Source of the DNA: Alphaproteobacteria bacterium
GTDB lineage: Bacteria > Pseudomonadota > Alphaproteobacteria > UBA828
Assembly: GCA_963422645.2 (NCBI GenBank)
Contig: CAXXVO010000008.1
Span: 128,001-192,000 of the forward strand
Length of the DNA: 64,000 nt
Direction of reading: 5' to 3'
Shown: positions 22,230-32,347 of the stretch, in pieces
Numbering within the stretch: the stretch's first letter is position 1
Layout of the letters: every line of letters starts with the position of its first letter
Position numbers and translations under genes: made by a program
The notes under the pieces: model-generated
What the model was told of the DNA's origin: nothing
Database searches by the model: none
What the model saw: the letters and a program-made list of their open reading frames with translations, nothing else

Positions 22230-23170
22230 GGTGCCTTCCCGCGCGGCGGCACGAGGCCCGTGGTCTCGACGATGAGCCCGTAATGCTCGGTGCGCCTGTG
22301 AGCTGCGAAGTTGAAAGTGCTGGACTTGAGGAAGGCGCCGTCGTCGAGATCGCAGGCGGCGACGATGACCTCGTCGTCGACCGAGCGGGCCTGCGCCACG
22401 ATCTCGCCGTTGGGCGAGACGATGGCGCTGCCGCCCAGCATGTCCACGCCTTCCTCCCGGCCCGCCTTGGCAACGCCCACCACCCAGGCCCCGTTCTGAT
22501 AGGCGCCGGCCTGCATGGTGAGGTGATTGTGAAAGGCGCGCCGGTGCGGCGGCTCGAAGGCGAGGCCGTTGAGCGCCGGCGTGTTGTAGCCGATCAGAAC
22601 CAGCTCGACGCCCTGCAGGCCCAGCACGCGGAAGGCCTCGGGCCAGCGCCGGTCGTTGCAGATCAGCATGCCGATGCGGCCGCCGAGCGCTTCCCACACC
22701 GGGAAGCCGAGATTGCCCACCTCGAAGTAGCGCTTCTCCAGGTGCTGGAATTCGCGCTCGGGCTCGTGCTCGGCGTGGCCCGGCAGGTGAACCTTGCGGT
22801 ACTTGCCGATGATCGCGCCCATCTTGTCCACCAGGATGGCGGTATTGAAGCGGCGGGTCGCCCCGCCCTCCCGCACACGCTCGGCATAGCCGAGGTGGAA
22901 GGCGACGCCGAGGGAAGCGGCCTCCTCGAAGAGCGGCCGGGTCTCGGGGCCCGGCATCTCCGCCTCGAAGAACGCGTCCGCCTCGGTGTCGTCGAGCAGC
23001 CAGCGGGGGAAGAACGTGGTCAGCGCGAGCTCCGGATAGACCACGAGGTTGGCGCCCCGCCCCGCCGCTTCGCGCATCAGACGGGTCATGCGCGCAACCA
23101 CGCTAGCCCGCGGCTCGGCGCGGGCGATGGGCCCGAGCTGGGCGGCCGCGACGGTAACGATCCGGCTCAT
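22226..23170 (-). CDS. N-carbamoyl-D-amino-acid hydrolase (nitrilase family)
   Basis: PELALTTFFPRW, YRKVHLPGH, ICNDRRWPE. Confidence 0.9.
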   Translation of the reverse strand: MSRIVTVAAAQLGPIARAEPRASVVARMTRLMREAAGRGANLVVYPELALTTFFPRWLLDDTEADAFFEAEMPGPETRPLFEEAASLGVAFHLGYAERVREGGATRRFNTAILVDKMGAIIGKYRKVHLPGHAEHEPEREFQHLEKRYFEVGNLGFPVWEALGGRIGMLICNDRRWPEAFRVLGLQGVELVLIGYNTPALNGLAFEPPHRRAFHNHLTMQAGAYQNGAWVVGVAKAGREEGVDMLGGSAIVSPNGEIVAQARSVDDEVIVAACDLDDGAFLKSSTFNFAAHRRTEHYGLIVETTGLVPPRGKAP

Positions 23171-24657
23171 GTCTCTTCCCCCTTCGCCCACGGGGCGTCG
23201 TAGTCGCCGCTCTCGGGCGCAAAGCCGTGGACCCGTCGGCCCAGGGGATGCGCCGCCGCCGGCAGGTCGCAGCGCAGAAACTCGCCCCGGCCCGGCTCGC
23301 CCAGCACCGCGCCATCGTCCCACACAATCGCGCCGCGGGAGAGCGTGGTCACGGGCCAGCCGGTGACGACCCGGCCCTCGTAAGGCGTGTAGTCGAGATT
23401 GTCGTGCAGCATGTCCTTGGAGATTGTCACCCTGCGTTCGGGGTCCCAGATCGCGATGTCGGCGTCCCCGCCCACCGCGATGGAGCCCTTGCGCGGGTAG
23501 AGGCCGTAGAGCTTCGCCGGCCGGGTGCAGCAGAGGTCGACGAAGCGGTTGAGGCCGATGCGCCCGGTGCCGACGCCGGCCGAGAAGAGCATCGGCAGGC
23601 GGATTTCGAGCCCGGGCACGCCGTTCGCGATCCTGTTGAAGGGCGCGCCCTTGCCGTGCATCTGCTTGCCCTCCGGATCGTCGTAGCGATAGGGCGCGTG
23701 GTCGGAGGAGAAGACGTCGAACACACCGCTCTCCAGCCCGCGCCAGACGTACTCCTGGTTCGCCTTGTCGCGCGGCGGCGGGCTGCACACGTACTTGGCG
23801 CCCTCGAAGCCCTCGCGGTCGAGGTCGGCGGCGGTGAGGAAGAGGTATTGCGGGCAGGTCTCGGCGTAGAGCCGGAGCCCCCGAGCCTTGGCGGCGCGGA
23901 TTTCCTCCATCGCCGCGCGCGCCGAGACGTGCACGATCAGGATCGGCAGGTCGACGATCTCGGCGAGGGTGATCGCGCGGTGGGTGGCCTCGCGCTCGGC
24001 CTGCGCGGCATGGGCCACGGCGTGGAATTGCGGGGCCGAGCGGCCGGCACCGATCAGGCGCTCGGTGAGCCAGGCGATGACGTCGTGGTTCTCGGCATGG
24101 ACCATCACCATCGCGCCCTCGCGCCGCGCCGCCGCCAGCACGTCGAGGATCTGGCGGTCGTCGAGCTTGAGCGCGTCGTAGGTCATGTAGATCTTGAACG
24201 AGGTGTAGCCGTCCTTGATCAGCGCCGGCAGCTCCTGCCCCAGCACCTGCTCGGTCGGGTCCGAGACGATCAGGTGGAAGGCGTAGTCGATCACCGCCTT
24301 GCCGCGGGCGCGCGCGTGGTAATCCTCGACCACGGCGCGGAGCGACTGCCCCCGGTGCTGGGCTGCGAAGGGGATGATGCAGGTGGTGCCGCCGCAGGCC
24401 GCCGAGATGGAGCCGGAGCGGAAGTCGTCCGCCGTGGTGGCGCCCATCGAGGACGGCTGGTCGATATGGCAGTGACTGTCGACCCCGCCCGGAAGCACGA
24501 GTTTTCCGCCAGCGTCGATCTCGTCGGCGCCGGCACTCAGGCCCTCCGCCAGCGCGACGATGCGGCCATCGCGGATGCCGACGTCGCAAGCGACCGTGTC
24601 GGCCGCGGTGGCCACGGTGCCGCCCCGAATGACGAGATCGTACTCGGCCTGGGCCAT
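23167..24657 (-). CDS. hydA: Dihydropyrimidinase / D-hydantoinase
   Basis: GGVDSHCH, SFKIYMTY, VHAEN, SSDHAP, DYTPYEG. Confidence 0.92.
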   Translation of the reverse strand: MAQAEYDLVIRGGTVATAADTVACDVGIRDGRIVALAEGLSAGADEIDAGGKLVLPGGVDSHCHIDQPSSMGATTADDFRSGSISAACGGTTCIIPFAAQHRGQSLRAVVEDYHARARGKAVIDYAFHLIVSDPTEQVLGQELPALIKDGYTSFKIYMTYDALKLDDRQILDVLAAARREGAMVMVHAENHDVIAWLTERLIGAGRSAPQFHAVAHAAQAEREATHRAITLAEIVDLPILIVHVSARAAMEEIRAAKARGLRLYAETCPQYLFLTAADLDREGFEGAKYVCSPPPRDKANQEYVWRGLESGVFDVFSSDHAPYRYDDPEGKQMHGKGAPFNRIANGVPGLEIRLPMLFSAGVGTGRIGLNRFVDLCCTRPAKLYGLYPRKGSIAVGGDADIAIWDPERRVTISKDMLHDNLDYTPYEGRVVTGWPVTTLSRGAIVWDDGAVLGEPGRGEFLRCDLPAAAHPLGRRVHGFAPESGDYDAPWAKGEET

Positions 24658-24669
24658 CGCGTTTCCTCG

Positions 24670-25743
24670 CTAAAGGTTCGGCACGACTTCGTCGGCGAGC
24701 AGGCGCATGGAGCGCCGCCAGCGCGCCTCGTCGTCCCAGTCGTGCGCGGTCGCGATCAGGGTGCCGAAGTCGCCGACCTCCTCGCGAAAGGCCACGAGCT
24801 TCCCGGTCACGGTGCTGGGGCTGCCGGCCACCACCATCGAATCCAGCATGTATTCGGTGGTGATCGCCTCGTCCGGCATGGCGGGGTCATCCTTCAGCAG
24901 CGCGCCAAAGTCGGCATCCAGCAGCACCGTCCGCAGATAGTTGAAGTAAAAGGCGAGCGTGTTATCGGGGTCGGCCAGGTAGTCCTCGGCTTCCGTGTCG
25001 CTCTCGGTCACGAGGATGCTGCGGGCCGCGCGCCAGATCGCAGGGTCGGGCTTGCGCCCGGCCGCCGCGCAGCCTTCGGCATAGGCCTCCCAGTGGGTCT
25101 TCACGTGGCAGGCCGGGGTGAAGTTCGCCGAGATCGGGATCCATCCGTGGGCGCCCGCGGTGCGCGCGCTGCCCGAGCGCGGGCTCATGATCGAGACGGC
25201 GATGGGCGGGTGCGGCGTCTGGTAGGGCCGGGCCATGACACCGACGCCGAGATCGCTGCGGTAGGCGTCCTTGATCCGAAAGTCCCAGTAGCCGCCGGGA
25301 AACTCGTAGGGCGGCTCCTGCGACCAGATTTTCAGGATCGTCTCGATCGACTCCTGCATCATCCTGGGCCGGTCGGGCGGGTTGTTCAGCTTGAACATTT
25401 CGAAGTCGCCGGGCGAGCCGCCGGGCCCGATGCCGAAGATGAAGCGGCCTTGCGCGAGCTGATCGAACATCGCGGCATGAGCCGCGACGATCGCCGGATG
25501 CTGTTGCGGCAGGTTGATGACGCCGGTGCCGAACTTGATCTGCTTGGTGCGCTCGATCAGGGTCGCGAGGAAGATGAAGGGCGAGGTGATCTGCTCCGGC
25601 TTGTTGGAGTAGTGCTCACCGACATAGACCTCGCTGAAGCCCAGCTCGTCCGCGAGCACGATCGCCTCCTGGTCCTCGCGCAGCACCGTGAGGAAGGGCC
25701 GCTCGGGCCGGTGCAGCGGCATCATGAGCATGCCGAGTTCCAT
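24670..25743 (-). CDS. LLM-class flavin-dependent monooxygenase
   Basis: MMPLH, VGEHY, GRFIFGIGPG, PYQTPHPPI. Confidence 0.88.
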   Translation of the reverse strand: MELGMLMMPLHRPERPFLTVLREDQEAIVLADELGFSEVYVGEHYSNKPEQITSPFIFLATLIERTKQIKFGTGVINLPQQHPAIVAAHAAMFDQLAQGRFIFGIGPGGSPGDFEMFKLNNPPDRPRMMQESIETILKIWSQEPPYEFPGGYWDFRIKDAYRSDLGVGVMARPYQTPHPPIAVSIMSPRSGSARTAGAHGWIPISANFTPACHVKTHWEAYAEGCAAAGRKPDPAIWRAARSILVTESDTEAEDYLADPDNTLAFYFNYLRTVLLDADFGALLKDDPAMPDEAITTEYMLDSMVVAGSPSTVTGKLVAFREEVGDFGTLIATAHDWDDEARWRRSMRLLADEVVPNL

Positions 25744-25907
25744 GGCTCTGCCTCCGGAGGACGGGCTCCCTGCCCTCACTCCGCCACTCTAGCCCGGAAT
25801 TCTGGCCAGGGTCATGGTCCGCGCGACGGGCCGCCGCGGGCGCTGTGGCGTCCGGCGGCGAGGCGCCATAATGTCGGCACGCATCGGTTGCAGGGGAGGG
25901 AAAGACC

Positions 25908-26999
25908 ATGGCCCAGCGCAAGCCGCTCAAGACGCTCCGCATCGGAATGATCGGCGCGGGCTTCATCGCGCGCTTCCACCTCGAATCCTTCACGGGCGTG
26001 CGCAATTGCGCCATCACCGGGGTCTACAGCCCGACGAAGGAGAGCCGCGCCGCGCTCGCCAAGCGGGCCGACGAGCTCGGCCTCGGCCCCTGCACGGCTC
26101 ATTCGTCGCTCGACAAGCTGATCCGGGCCAAGGACGTGGACGCGCTCTGGATCCTCTCGCCCAACGACACCCGCGTCGCCACCATGCAGGCGATCCACAA
26201 GGCGGTGAAGGGCGGCAAGCGGCTGCGCGGCATCGCCTGCGAGAAGCCGCTCGCGCGCAACCTCGCCGAAGCCCGCGCAATGGTCTCGCTGGCGGAGGAC
26301 GCAAAGCTCGCCACTGGCTATCTGGAGAACCAGGTGTTTTCGACGGCGGTCGAGCGCGGCAAGGAGATCATCTGGCGCCGCGCCGTGCCGCTTACCGGCC
26401 GGCCCTATCTCGCGCGCGCAGCCGAAGAGCATTCCGGCCCGCACATGCCCTGGTTCTGGCAGGGCGAGAAGCAGCGCGGCGGCGTGCTCTCCGACATGAT
26501 GTGCCACTCGGTGGAGGTCGCGCGGCACCTGCTGACCGCGCCGGGCGAGGCCCGGGACACGCTCAAGGTGATCAGTGCGAACGCGACCGTCGCCAACCTC
26601 AAGTGGACCCGGCCCGCATACGTGCGGCGGCTGAAGCGGGAGATGGGGCGTGAGGTCGACTATGGCCGCAGGCCCGCCGAGGACTTCGCGCGCGGCACGC
26701 TGGTGCTGGAGGACCCGGACGGCAACGAGGCGATGATCGAGACTACTACGTCCTGGGCCTACGTCGGCGCGGGTCTCCGTATCCAGCTCGAGCTGCTGGG
26801 GCCCGAATACTCCATGGAGTTCTCCTCCCTCGGCACCGGGCTCAAGGTCTTCATCTCGCGCGCGGTGAAGGGCGCCGCCGGCGAGGATCTGGTCGAGAAG
26901 CAGAACGCCGAGCAGGGCCTGATGCCGGCGCTGGAGGACGAGGCGGGGGTTTACGGCTACACCAGCGAGCGCACCTTCGGTGCTAATGTACTGATATAG
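25908..26999 (+). pseudogene. Gfo/Idh/MocA oxidoreductase, probably 3'-truncated at the island junction (~26970)
   Basis: IGAGFIA, CEKPLA, DMMCHS; composition turns AT-rich right after VYGYTSE and the frame ends in an atypical tail. Confidence 0.65.
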
Positions 27000-27086
27000 G
27001 GTTGTTTTTTTCTCCTGATCTGGCCGGGAAGCACGGAATCAGTCCGTGTTTTTGCCCGGGTTGCAACAGAATGCAGGAGAAAGCCA

Positions 27087-28054
27087 GTGGCAACGCTTCG
27101 CCTCAACGATCGCCGGGTCGGCACACTCAAGCCCCGAAAGTCCGCTTACGACATTCGCGACCGCGAACTCAAGGGCTTCGGTGTCAGGATACTCCCCTCG
27201 GGCGCCAAGCGGTACTTTGTCCATAGTCAGCATCAGGGCCGACGGATCTGGAAGATCGTCGGCCGGGCCGGGTCCATCGGCACCGATGAAGCCCGCACCC
27301 AGGCCAAGACCCTGTTGGCCGCCATCCGCGAAGGAGCCGACGGACCGGTTGCGGCGCCGCCGGACACCGCGTTCGAGACCGTCGGCGGCGAAGTATTCCG
27401 TCGCTACGCCCGACACTGGAAACCGTCCACGCTCAAGGTCAACCTGATTTACTACCGGAACCAGATACTGCCCTGGTTTGAAGGCCGCCCAATTAGCGGC
27501 ATCACCCACCGCGACGTCCAGCGATGGTTTGCGTCCCTCCACGAGACTCCGGTCGCGGCCGACCGCTCGGCTCCTATCCTCTCGGTTATCATGCGCCAGG
27601 CCGAGGTCTACGGATACCGACCGGAAGGGACCAATCCCTGCGCCGGCATCAAACGCTATCGGCGTCAGGGTTGTGAGCGTTTCCTGTCCGAGCCGGAATT
27701 CCGCCGTTTGGGCGACGTGCTGGCGCGCCACGAGGCCAGCCGCCCGTGGGCCGTGGCAGTGATACGGCTGCTGCTGCTCACCGGATGCCGCAAGGGAGAG
27801 GTCGTCTCCCTGAAATGGTCCTACTACCGCGAAGGTAAGCTGTTCCTGCCCGATAGCAAGACCGGGCCGCGTACGGTCTGGCTCTCGTCCGCCGCACGCG
27901 CGATCCTCGACGGCTTGCCCCGCAGGTCGGTCTGGGTCTTCCCCTCGTCGCGGACGGACAGTTTCATGACCGCGGCAGCGGTCGATCCGGTTTGGTGTCG
28001 GCTGCGGGAGGAAGCGGATCTGTGCGATGTCCGCCTTCACGACTTGCGGCATTC
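27087..28054 (+). pseudogene. Tyrosine recombinase/integrase, C-terminally truncated
   Basis: Arm-binding N-terminus, TGCRKGE and DSKTG present, but similarity to the 42161/43384 paralogs stops at HDLRHS; the LGH and catalytic Tyr region is missing. Confidence 0.8.
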
Positions 28055-28329
28055 TTCTGCGGGCTACCAGAAATATCCAGCGCCAATCAGCGTTCCAAAT
28101 GACAATAACCCACTGATAAAACGAAATTTCTTTCATTCAGTGCAGGCTGTCCGAATTCACTCCCAAGATTTGCGGAAGCAATCCGTAACCGGAGTTGGCT
28201 GTCTCGCCGTCACCTCCTGCCAGCCATGCCGGTAAGCGTTCCGGCGTAACCGTTCGGGTTCCGTAATCGTTCGTTCGGGCCGTGGAGACGCTATCTGCTT
28301 GATGCCTAGCTTTGGCGTGCCCTGGACGC

Positions 28330-29715
28330 ATGAGCGGCCCCGGCCGGCGGCCGGCGGCGCCCATGCCGCTCTACCCCTACCAGCACCGCTGGCTCGCCGA
28401 CCGCAGCCGCTTCAAGATCGGCATGTGGTCGCGCCAGATCGGCAAGACCTTCACCGCAACCCTGGAGATCGTCGACAGCGTCATGGAGGCCCGCGCGCGC
28501 GGCCGCGCCTCGCCCTGGCTGATCCTCTCGCGCGGCGACCGCCAGGCGCGAGAGGCCATGCGCGCCGGCATCCATGCCCACGCCCGCGCCTACGGGCTCG
28601 CGCTGGAGGCCCTGGAGTACGACCTGGCGATCGGCGACCAGGTCTTCCGCGCCCACGAATGGGACGCCGGCTCGGGCAACGTCGTCACCGCGCTGCCCGC
28701 CAACCCCGACACCGCCCGCGGCTACTCCCGCAACGTCTATCTCGACGAGTTCGCCCTGCACCGCGACAGCCGCGCGATCTGGGGCGCGCTCTTCCCCTCG
28801 ATCACCCGCGGCTGGAAGATCAGGATCACCTCCACGCCCAGGGGCAAGGCGGGCAAGTTCTACGAACTCATGACAAGCGACGACGGGCGCTGGTCGCGTC
28901 ATGCCGTCGATATCCACCGCGCGGTCGCGGACGGCTACCCCGCCGATATCGACGAGCTGCGCGCGGGCCTCGCCGACGAGGACCTGTGGCGCCAGGAATA
29001 CGAGTGCCAGTGGCTCGACGAGGCCTCGGCCTGGCTCCCCTACGACCTGATCGACGGCGCCGAAGACGAGGCGGCCGGCGAGCCTGCGGGCCACGCCGGC
29101 GGCCCCGTGTTCATCGGCAACGACATCGCGCGGCGCAACGATCTCTGGGTCGCCTGGGTGATCGAGACGGTCGGCGACGTCGCCTGGACCCGCGAGATCA
29201 GAACCCTCAGGGGCAAGACCTTCAGGGAGCAGGACGATACCCTCGATGCCCTGGTGGAGCGCTACAGACCGGTGCGCATCGCCATGGACCAGACCGGCAT
29301 GGGCGAGAAGCCGGTCGAGGACGCCAAACGCCGCTACGGCGCAACCCGTGTCGAGGGGGTGCTGTTCACCGGACCCCGCAAGCTCGACCTCGCCACCGCG
29401 CTGAAGGAGCGCTTCGAAGACCGCACCATCCGCGTGCCCTCCGGCGACCCGGTGCTCCGCGCCGACCTGCACGCCGTGCGCAAGACCGTCGGACCCACCG
29501 GCAGCCCCCGCCTCGCCGCCGACGGCGAGACCGACGGCCATGCCGACCGCTTCTGGGCCGCAGCGCTGGCCTGCGCGGCTGCCGCCGAAAGCCGCCCGCC
29601 CCCGGCCGGCGCCTGGGCGCAGGGCGATCCCCGCGACGCCTTCACACCCTCCCGCCTTGCCGGGCGCCAGCCCCTCACCATGTTCGGGCGGCCCGGGGAG
29701 GGGATGTGGCGGTGA
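28330..29715 (+). CDS. Phage terminase large subunit (Mu gp28-like)
   Basis: LYPYQ..W, SRQIGKT Walker A, YLDEFA Walker B, STPRG, GNDIAR, DQTGMG, HADRFWA. Confidence 0.9.
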   Translation: MSGPGRRPAAPMPLYPYQHRWLADRSRFKIGMWSRQIGKTFTATLEIVDSVMEARARGRASPWLILSRGDRQAREAMRAGIHAHARAYGLALEALEYDLAIGDQVFRAHEWDAGSGNVVTALPANPDTARGYSRNVYLDEFALHRDSRAIWGALFPSITRGWKIRITSTPRGKAGKFYELMTSDDGRWSRHAVDIHRAVADGYPADIDELRAGLADEDLWRQEYECQWLDEASAWLPYDLIDGAEDEAAGEPAGHAGGPVFIGNDIARRNDLWVAWVIETVGDVAWTREIRTLRGKTFREQDDTLDALVERYRPVRIAMDQTGMGEKPVEDAKRRYGATRVEGVLFTGPRKLDLATALKERFEDRTIRVPSGDPVLRADLHAVRKTVGPTGSPRLAADGETDGHADRFWAAALACAAAAESRPPPAGAWAQGDPRDAFTPSRLAGRQPLTMFGRPGEGMWR

Positions 29716-31136
29716 TCCGCTCGGCCCTCATCCGCATGCTCGGCGGCGCCCCGCCGCACGCTACCGCCCTCCGGGAGGCGGCGGGGAAGGGAATCGACAG
29801 GGACGAGGACCAGTGGCGCCCGCTCACCGGAGACGGACGCCGCGACCTCTCGCCGCTGACCCAGAGCAGGATGAGGAAGCTCGCGACGCACCTCTGGGAA
29901 ACCAACCTGCTCGCCCGCCAGCTCGTCGAGCTCCCCGTCGCCTTCCTCCTCGCCGACGGCGTGCGCGTGCGCGTCCCCGACCCGGACGCCCAGAAATGGC
30001 TCGACGCATGGTGGCGCGATCCCGTCACCGACATGCCGCTCCGCCTCCCCGAGCTCATGCGCGACCTCGCGCTCGCCGGCGAGACCGCATGGCCCGTCTT
30101 CGCAGACCCCGCCTCCGGCCACGTCCGCATGGCGTGGCTCGACCCCGACGCCGTCGAGACCGTGGTCATGGACCCCGACAACGCGTCCCGCCCCATCGGC
30201 ATCGTGACGAAGAAGGACCGCAGGGGCGAAGCCCGGCGCTACCGCACCGCCGTCGGCGGACCCGAAACCGTCCTCGCGCCCGCCGCCCGCGCCATCCGCG
30301 AGACCATGACCTCGGGCGACATCCTCTACTTCCGCGCCAACGCCAGGCCCGGCGCATCCCGCGGACGCTCCGACCTGCTCGCCGCCATCGACTGGCTCGA
30401 CGGATACGAGCGACACCTCTTCGGAGAGATCGACCGCGCCCACTTCCTCCGCGCCTTCGTCTGGGACGTCACCATGACCGGCGCCAGTCAGGAAGAGGTC
30501 GAGGAGCGCGCCGCAAGGGCCACGGCGCCCACGCCCGGAACCGTCCGCGTCCACAACGAGAGCGAGACATGGCAGGCGCTCGCCCCGGACCTCGGCGGCC
30601 GCGACCTCGACGCAACATCCCGCCTCTTCCGCAACCACCTGCTCGGCGGCGCCGGCATGCCCGAGCACTGGTTCGGCGGCGGCGGCGACGTCAACCGCGC
30701 AACCGCCGCAGAGATGGGCGATCCCGCCTTCAAGACCCTCAAGATGCGCCAGAGGCTGTGGACCGAGATCCTGCGCCGGGCCGCAGACTACGCCATCGCC
30801 CGCAGGCTCGACCCCTCCGGCGCATCATGGCCCGATCCCGCAGACCCCGCCCTCGCCGTCTCCGTCGAATGGCCCGAGATGGTGGTCGCCGACGCCTCCC
30901 GACACGCCGCCGCGCTCGCCCAGACCGCAGGCGCCGCGGCGCTGGCCATCGAGCGCGGCCTGCTCTCGGACGCCACCGCGCTCCGCGTCATCGCCGCCGT
31001 CGCCGGGCGCCTCGGCGTCGAGATCGACGCCGACGCCGAACTCGAGGCGGCGCGCGAAGACGCCGCCGGACGGGCCGAAGAAGACGCCTTCCGCGAGCCC
31101 CCGCAGGACGAGGACGACGACGACGGCGAGGCGTAG
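29712..31136 (+). CDS. Putative phage portal protein (not obviously DUF935-type)
   Basis: GTG start overlapping the terL stop; 474 aa between terL and MuF; GRSDL and GMPEHWFG...NRATA portal-like motifs. Confidence 0.75.
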   Translation: MIRSALIRMLGGAPPHATALREAAGKGIDRDEDQWRPLTGDGRRDLSPLTQSRMRKLATHLWETNLLARQLVELPVAFLLADGVRVRVPDPDAQKWLDAWWRDPVTDMPLRLPELMRDLALAGETAWPVFADPASGHVRMAWLDPDAVETVVMDPDNASRPIGIVTKKDRRGEARRYRTAVGGPETVLAPAARAIRETMTSGDILYFRANARPGASRGRSDLLAAIDWLDGYERHLFGEIDRAHFLRAFVWDVTMTGASQEEVEERAARATAPTPGTVRVHNESETWQALAPDLGGRDLDATSRLFRNHLLGGAGMPEHWFGGGGDVNRATAAEMGDPAFKTLKMRQRLWTEILRRAADYAIARRLDPSGASWPDPADPALAVSVEWPEMVVADASRHAAALAQTAGAAALAIERGLLSDATALRVIAAVAGRLGVEIDADAELEAAREDAAGRAEEDAFREPPQDEDDDDGEA

Positions 31137-31139
31137 CAC

Positions 31140-32072
31140 GTGGCTACCGACCGTCAGCGCGAGCGCAGGCTCAAGGGCGAGCGATCCCGCCGCGCCCGCG
31201 CCCTGCCCCGCATCCAGAAGGACACCGCCGCCGAGGTCGGCCGCATCCTCGGGCGCGCCGAGCGCGACATCCGGGCCACCCTCGCCGGCGCGCCCTCCGA
31301 TTACCAGGCATGGGCGCTGCCATCCCTCCAGGCCTCCGTCCGGGACGCCCTCGACAGCCTCGGCGCAGACGCCGGGCAGGCCATGGCCGAGGGCGCAACC
31401 CGCGCCTGGGACGCCGGCATCGATACCGTGAACGCCCCCGTCGACGCCGCCATGTGAGCGCGCGCGGTCCGCGTCGCCGCCATCCTGCCGCAGGTCGATA
31501 CCCGCCAGCTCCTCGCCATGCGATCCTTCCTCACCGCCAAAATGAAGGGCGTCTCCACCGCCCTCGCAAACCGCGTCAACACAGAACTCGGCCTGACCAT
31601 GATCGGAACCCGCAGCGTCGGCGAGACCACCGGCCGCGTCGCCGCCATCCTCAAGAGCGGCGGCAGGTCCCGCGCCCTGACAATCGTGCGGACCGAGCTC
31701 GGCCGCGCATACTCCATGGCCGGACAGCAGCGCATGGAGCAGGCCGCCGGGATCCTGCCGGGGCTGAGGAAGCAATGGCGCCGATCCGGCAAGCTCCGCG
31801 CCCGTATCAATCACGACGCCATCGACGGGCAGATCAGGGAGGTGGACAAGCCCTTCGCCGTCGGCGACGCTTCGCTCATGTATCCCCGCGATCCCGCCGG
31901 GCCGGCGAGCGAAACCATCAACTGCGGATGCCAGTCGCTGCCATGGATGGAAAGCTGGGAGGTCGGGAACCCCGGGCGAAAGCCCTTCTCCGACGAGGAG
32001 ATCGCACGCGACCCGCGGCGCGCCGATCTCGAAGGGAAGGAGGCCGGCGCGGGGACAACGCCGGCATCGTAG
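31140..32072 (+). pseudogene. Phage minor head protein (MuF-like) with one in-frame TGA at 31455-31457
   Basis: ORFs 31140-31457 and 31518-32072 share a frame; IVRTELGRA, KQW, HDAIDGQ, YPRDP...INCGC motifs. Confidence 0.8.
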
Positions 32073-32099
32073 ACCGGGCGAGGCGAAGCACCGCGCCGC

Positions 32100-32342
32100 A
32101 CCGGGATTTGCCGGCGAATCCGCACCCCCGGAACCGCGCCGATTTACAGGCCTTTCAGCACCCCTGAAACGCCCCGAAAATCCCCGCTTCCAGCCAATTC
32201 ACGGCCCTTTCCGGGCCGGATTCGCAAAGACTTTCGTCCGGCCCGCCAGCCCCCGGAAACGCCGCCAACCCCTTGACCGTCCGCCTTCTTCCGCCTTCTT
32301 CCCGGCATCTTCCGGATTCGCAATGACTTTCGTCCCCCCACA
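32100..32342. repeat. Right end of element 1 with two GATTCGCAA(A/T)GACTTTCGTCC sites
   Basis: Sites at ~32219 and ~32315; terminal ACA at 32342. Confidence 0.8.
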
Positions 32343-32347
32343 CCCGG

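Larger units (their letters stand above)
28330..32342 (+). mobile_element. Transposable-phage-like packaging element 1 (left end missing)
   Basis: terL-portal-MuF followed by a ~240-bp end closely similar to 61620-61882, terminating ...GACTTTCGTCCCCCCACA. Confidence 0.8.

Noticed and set aside
28055-28070. tRNA 3' fragment (GCGGGCTACCA) as an att site
   Set aside because: Too short, no T-arm, and no second copy found in the window.
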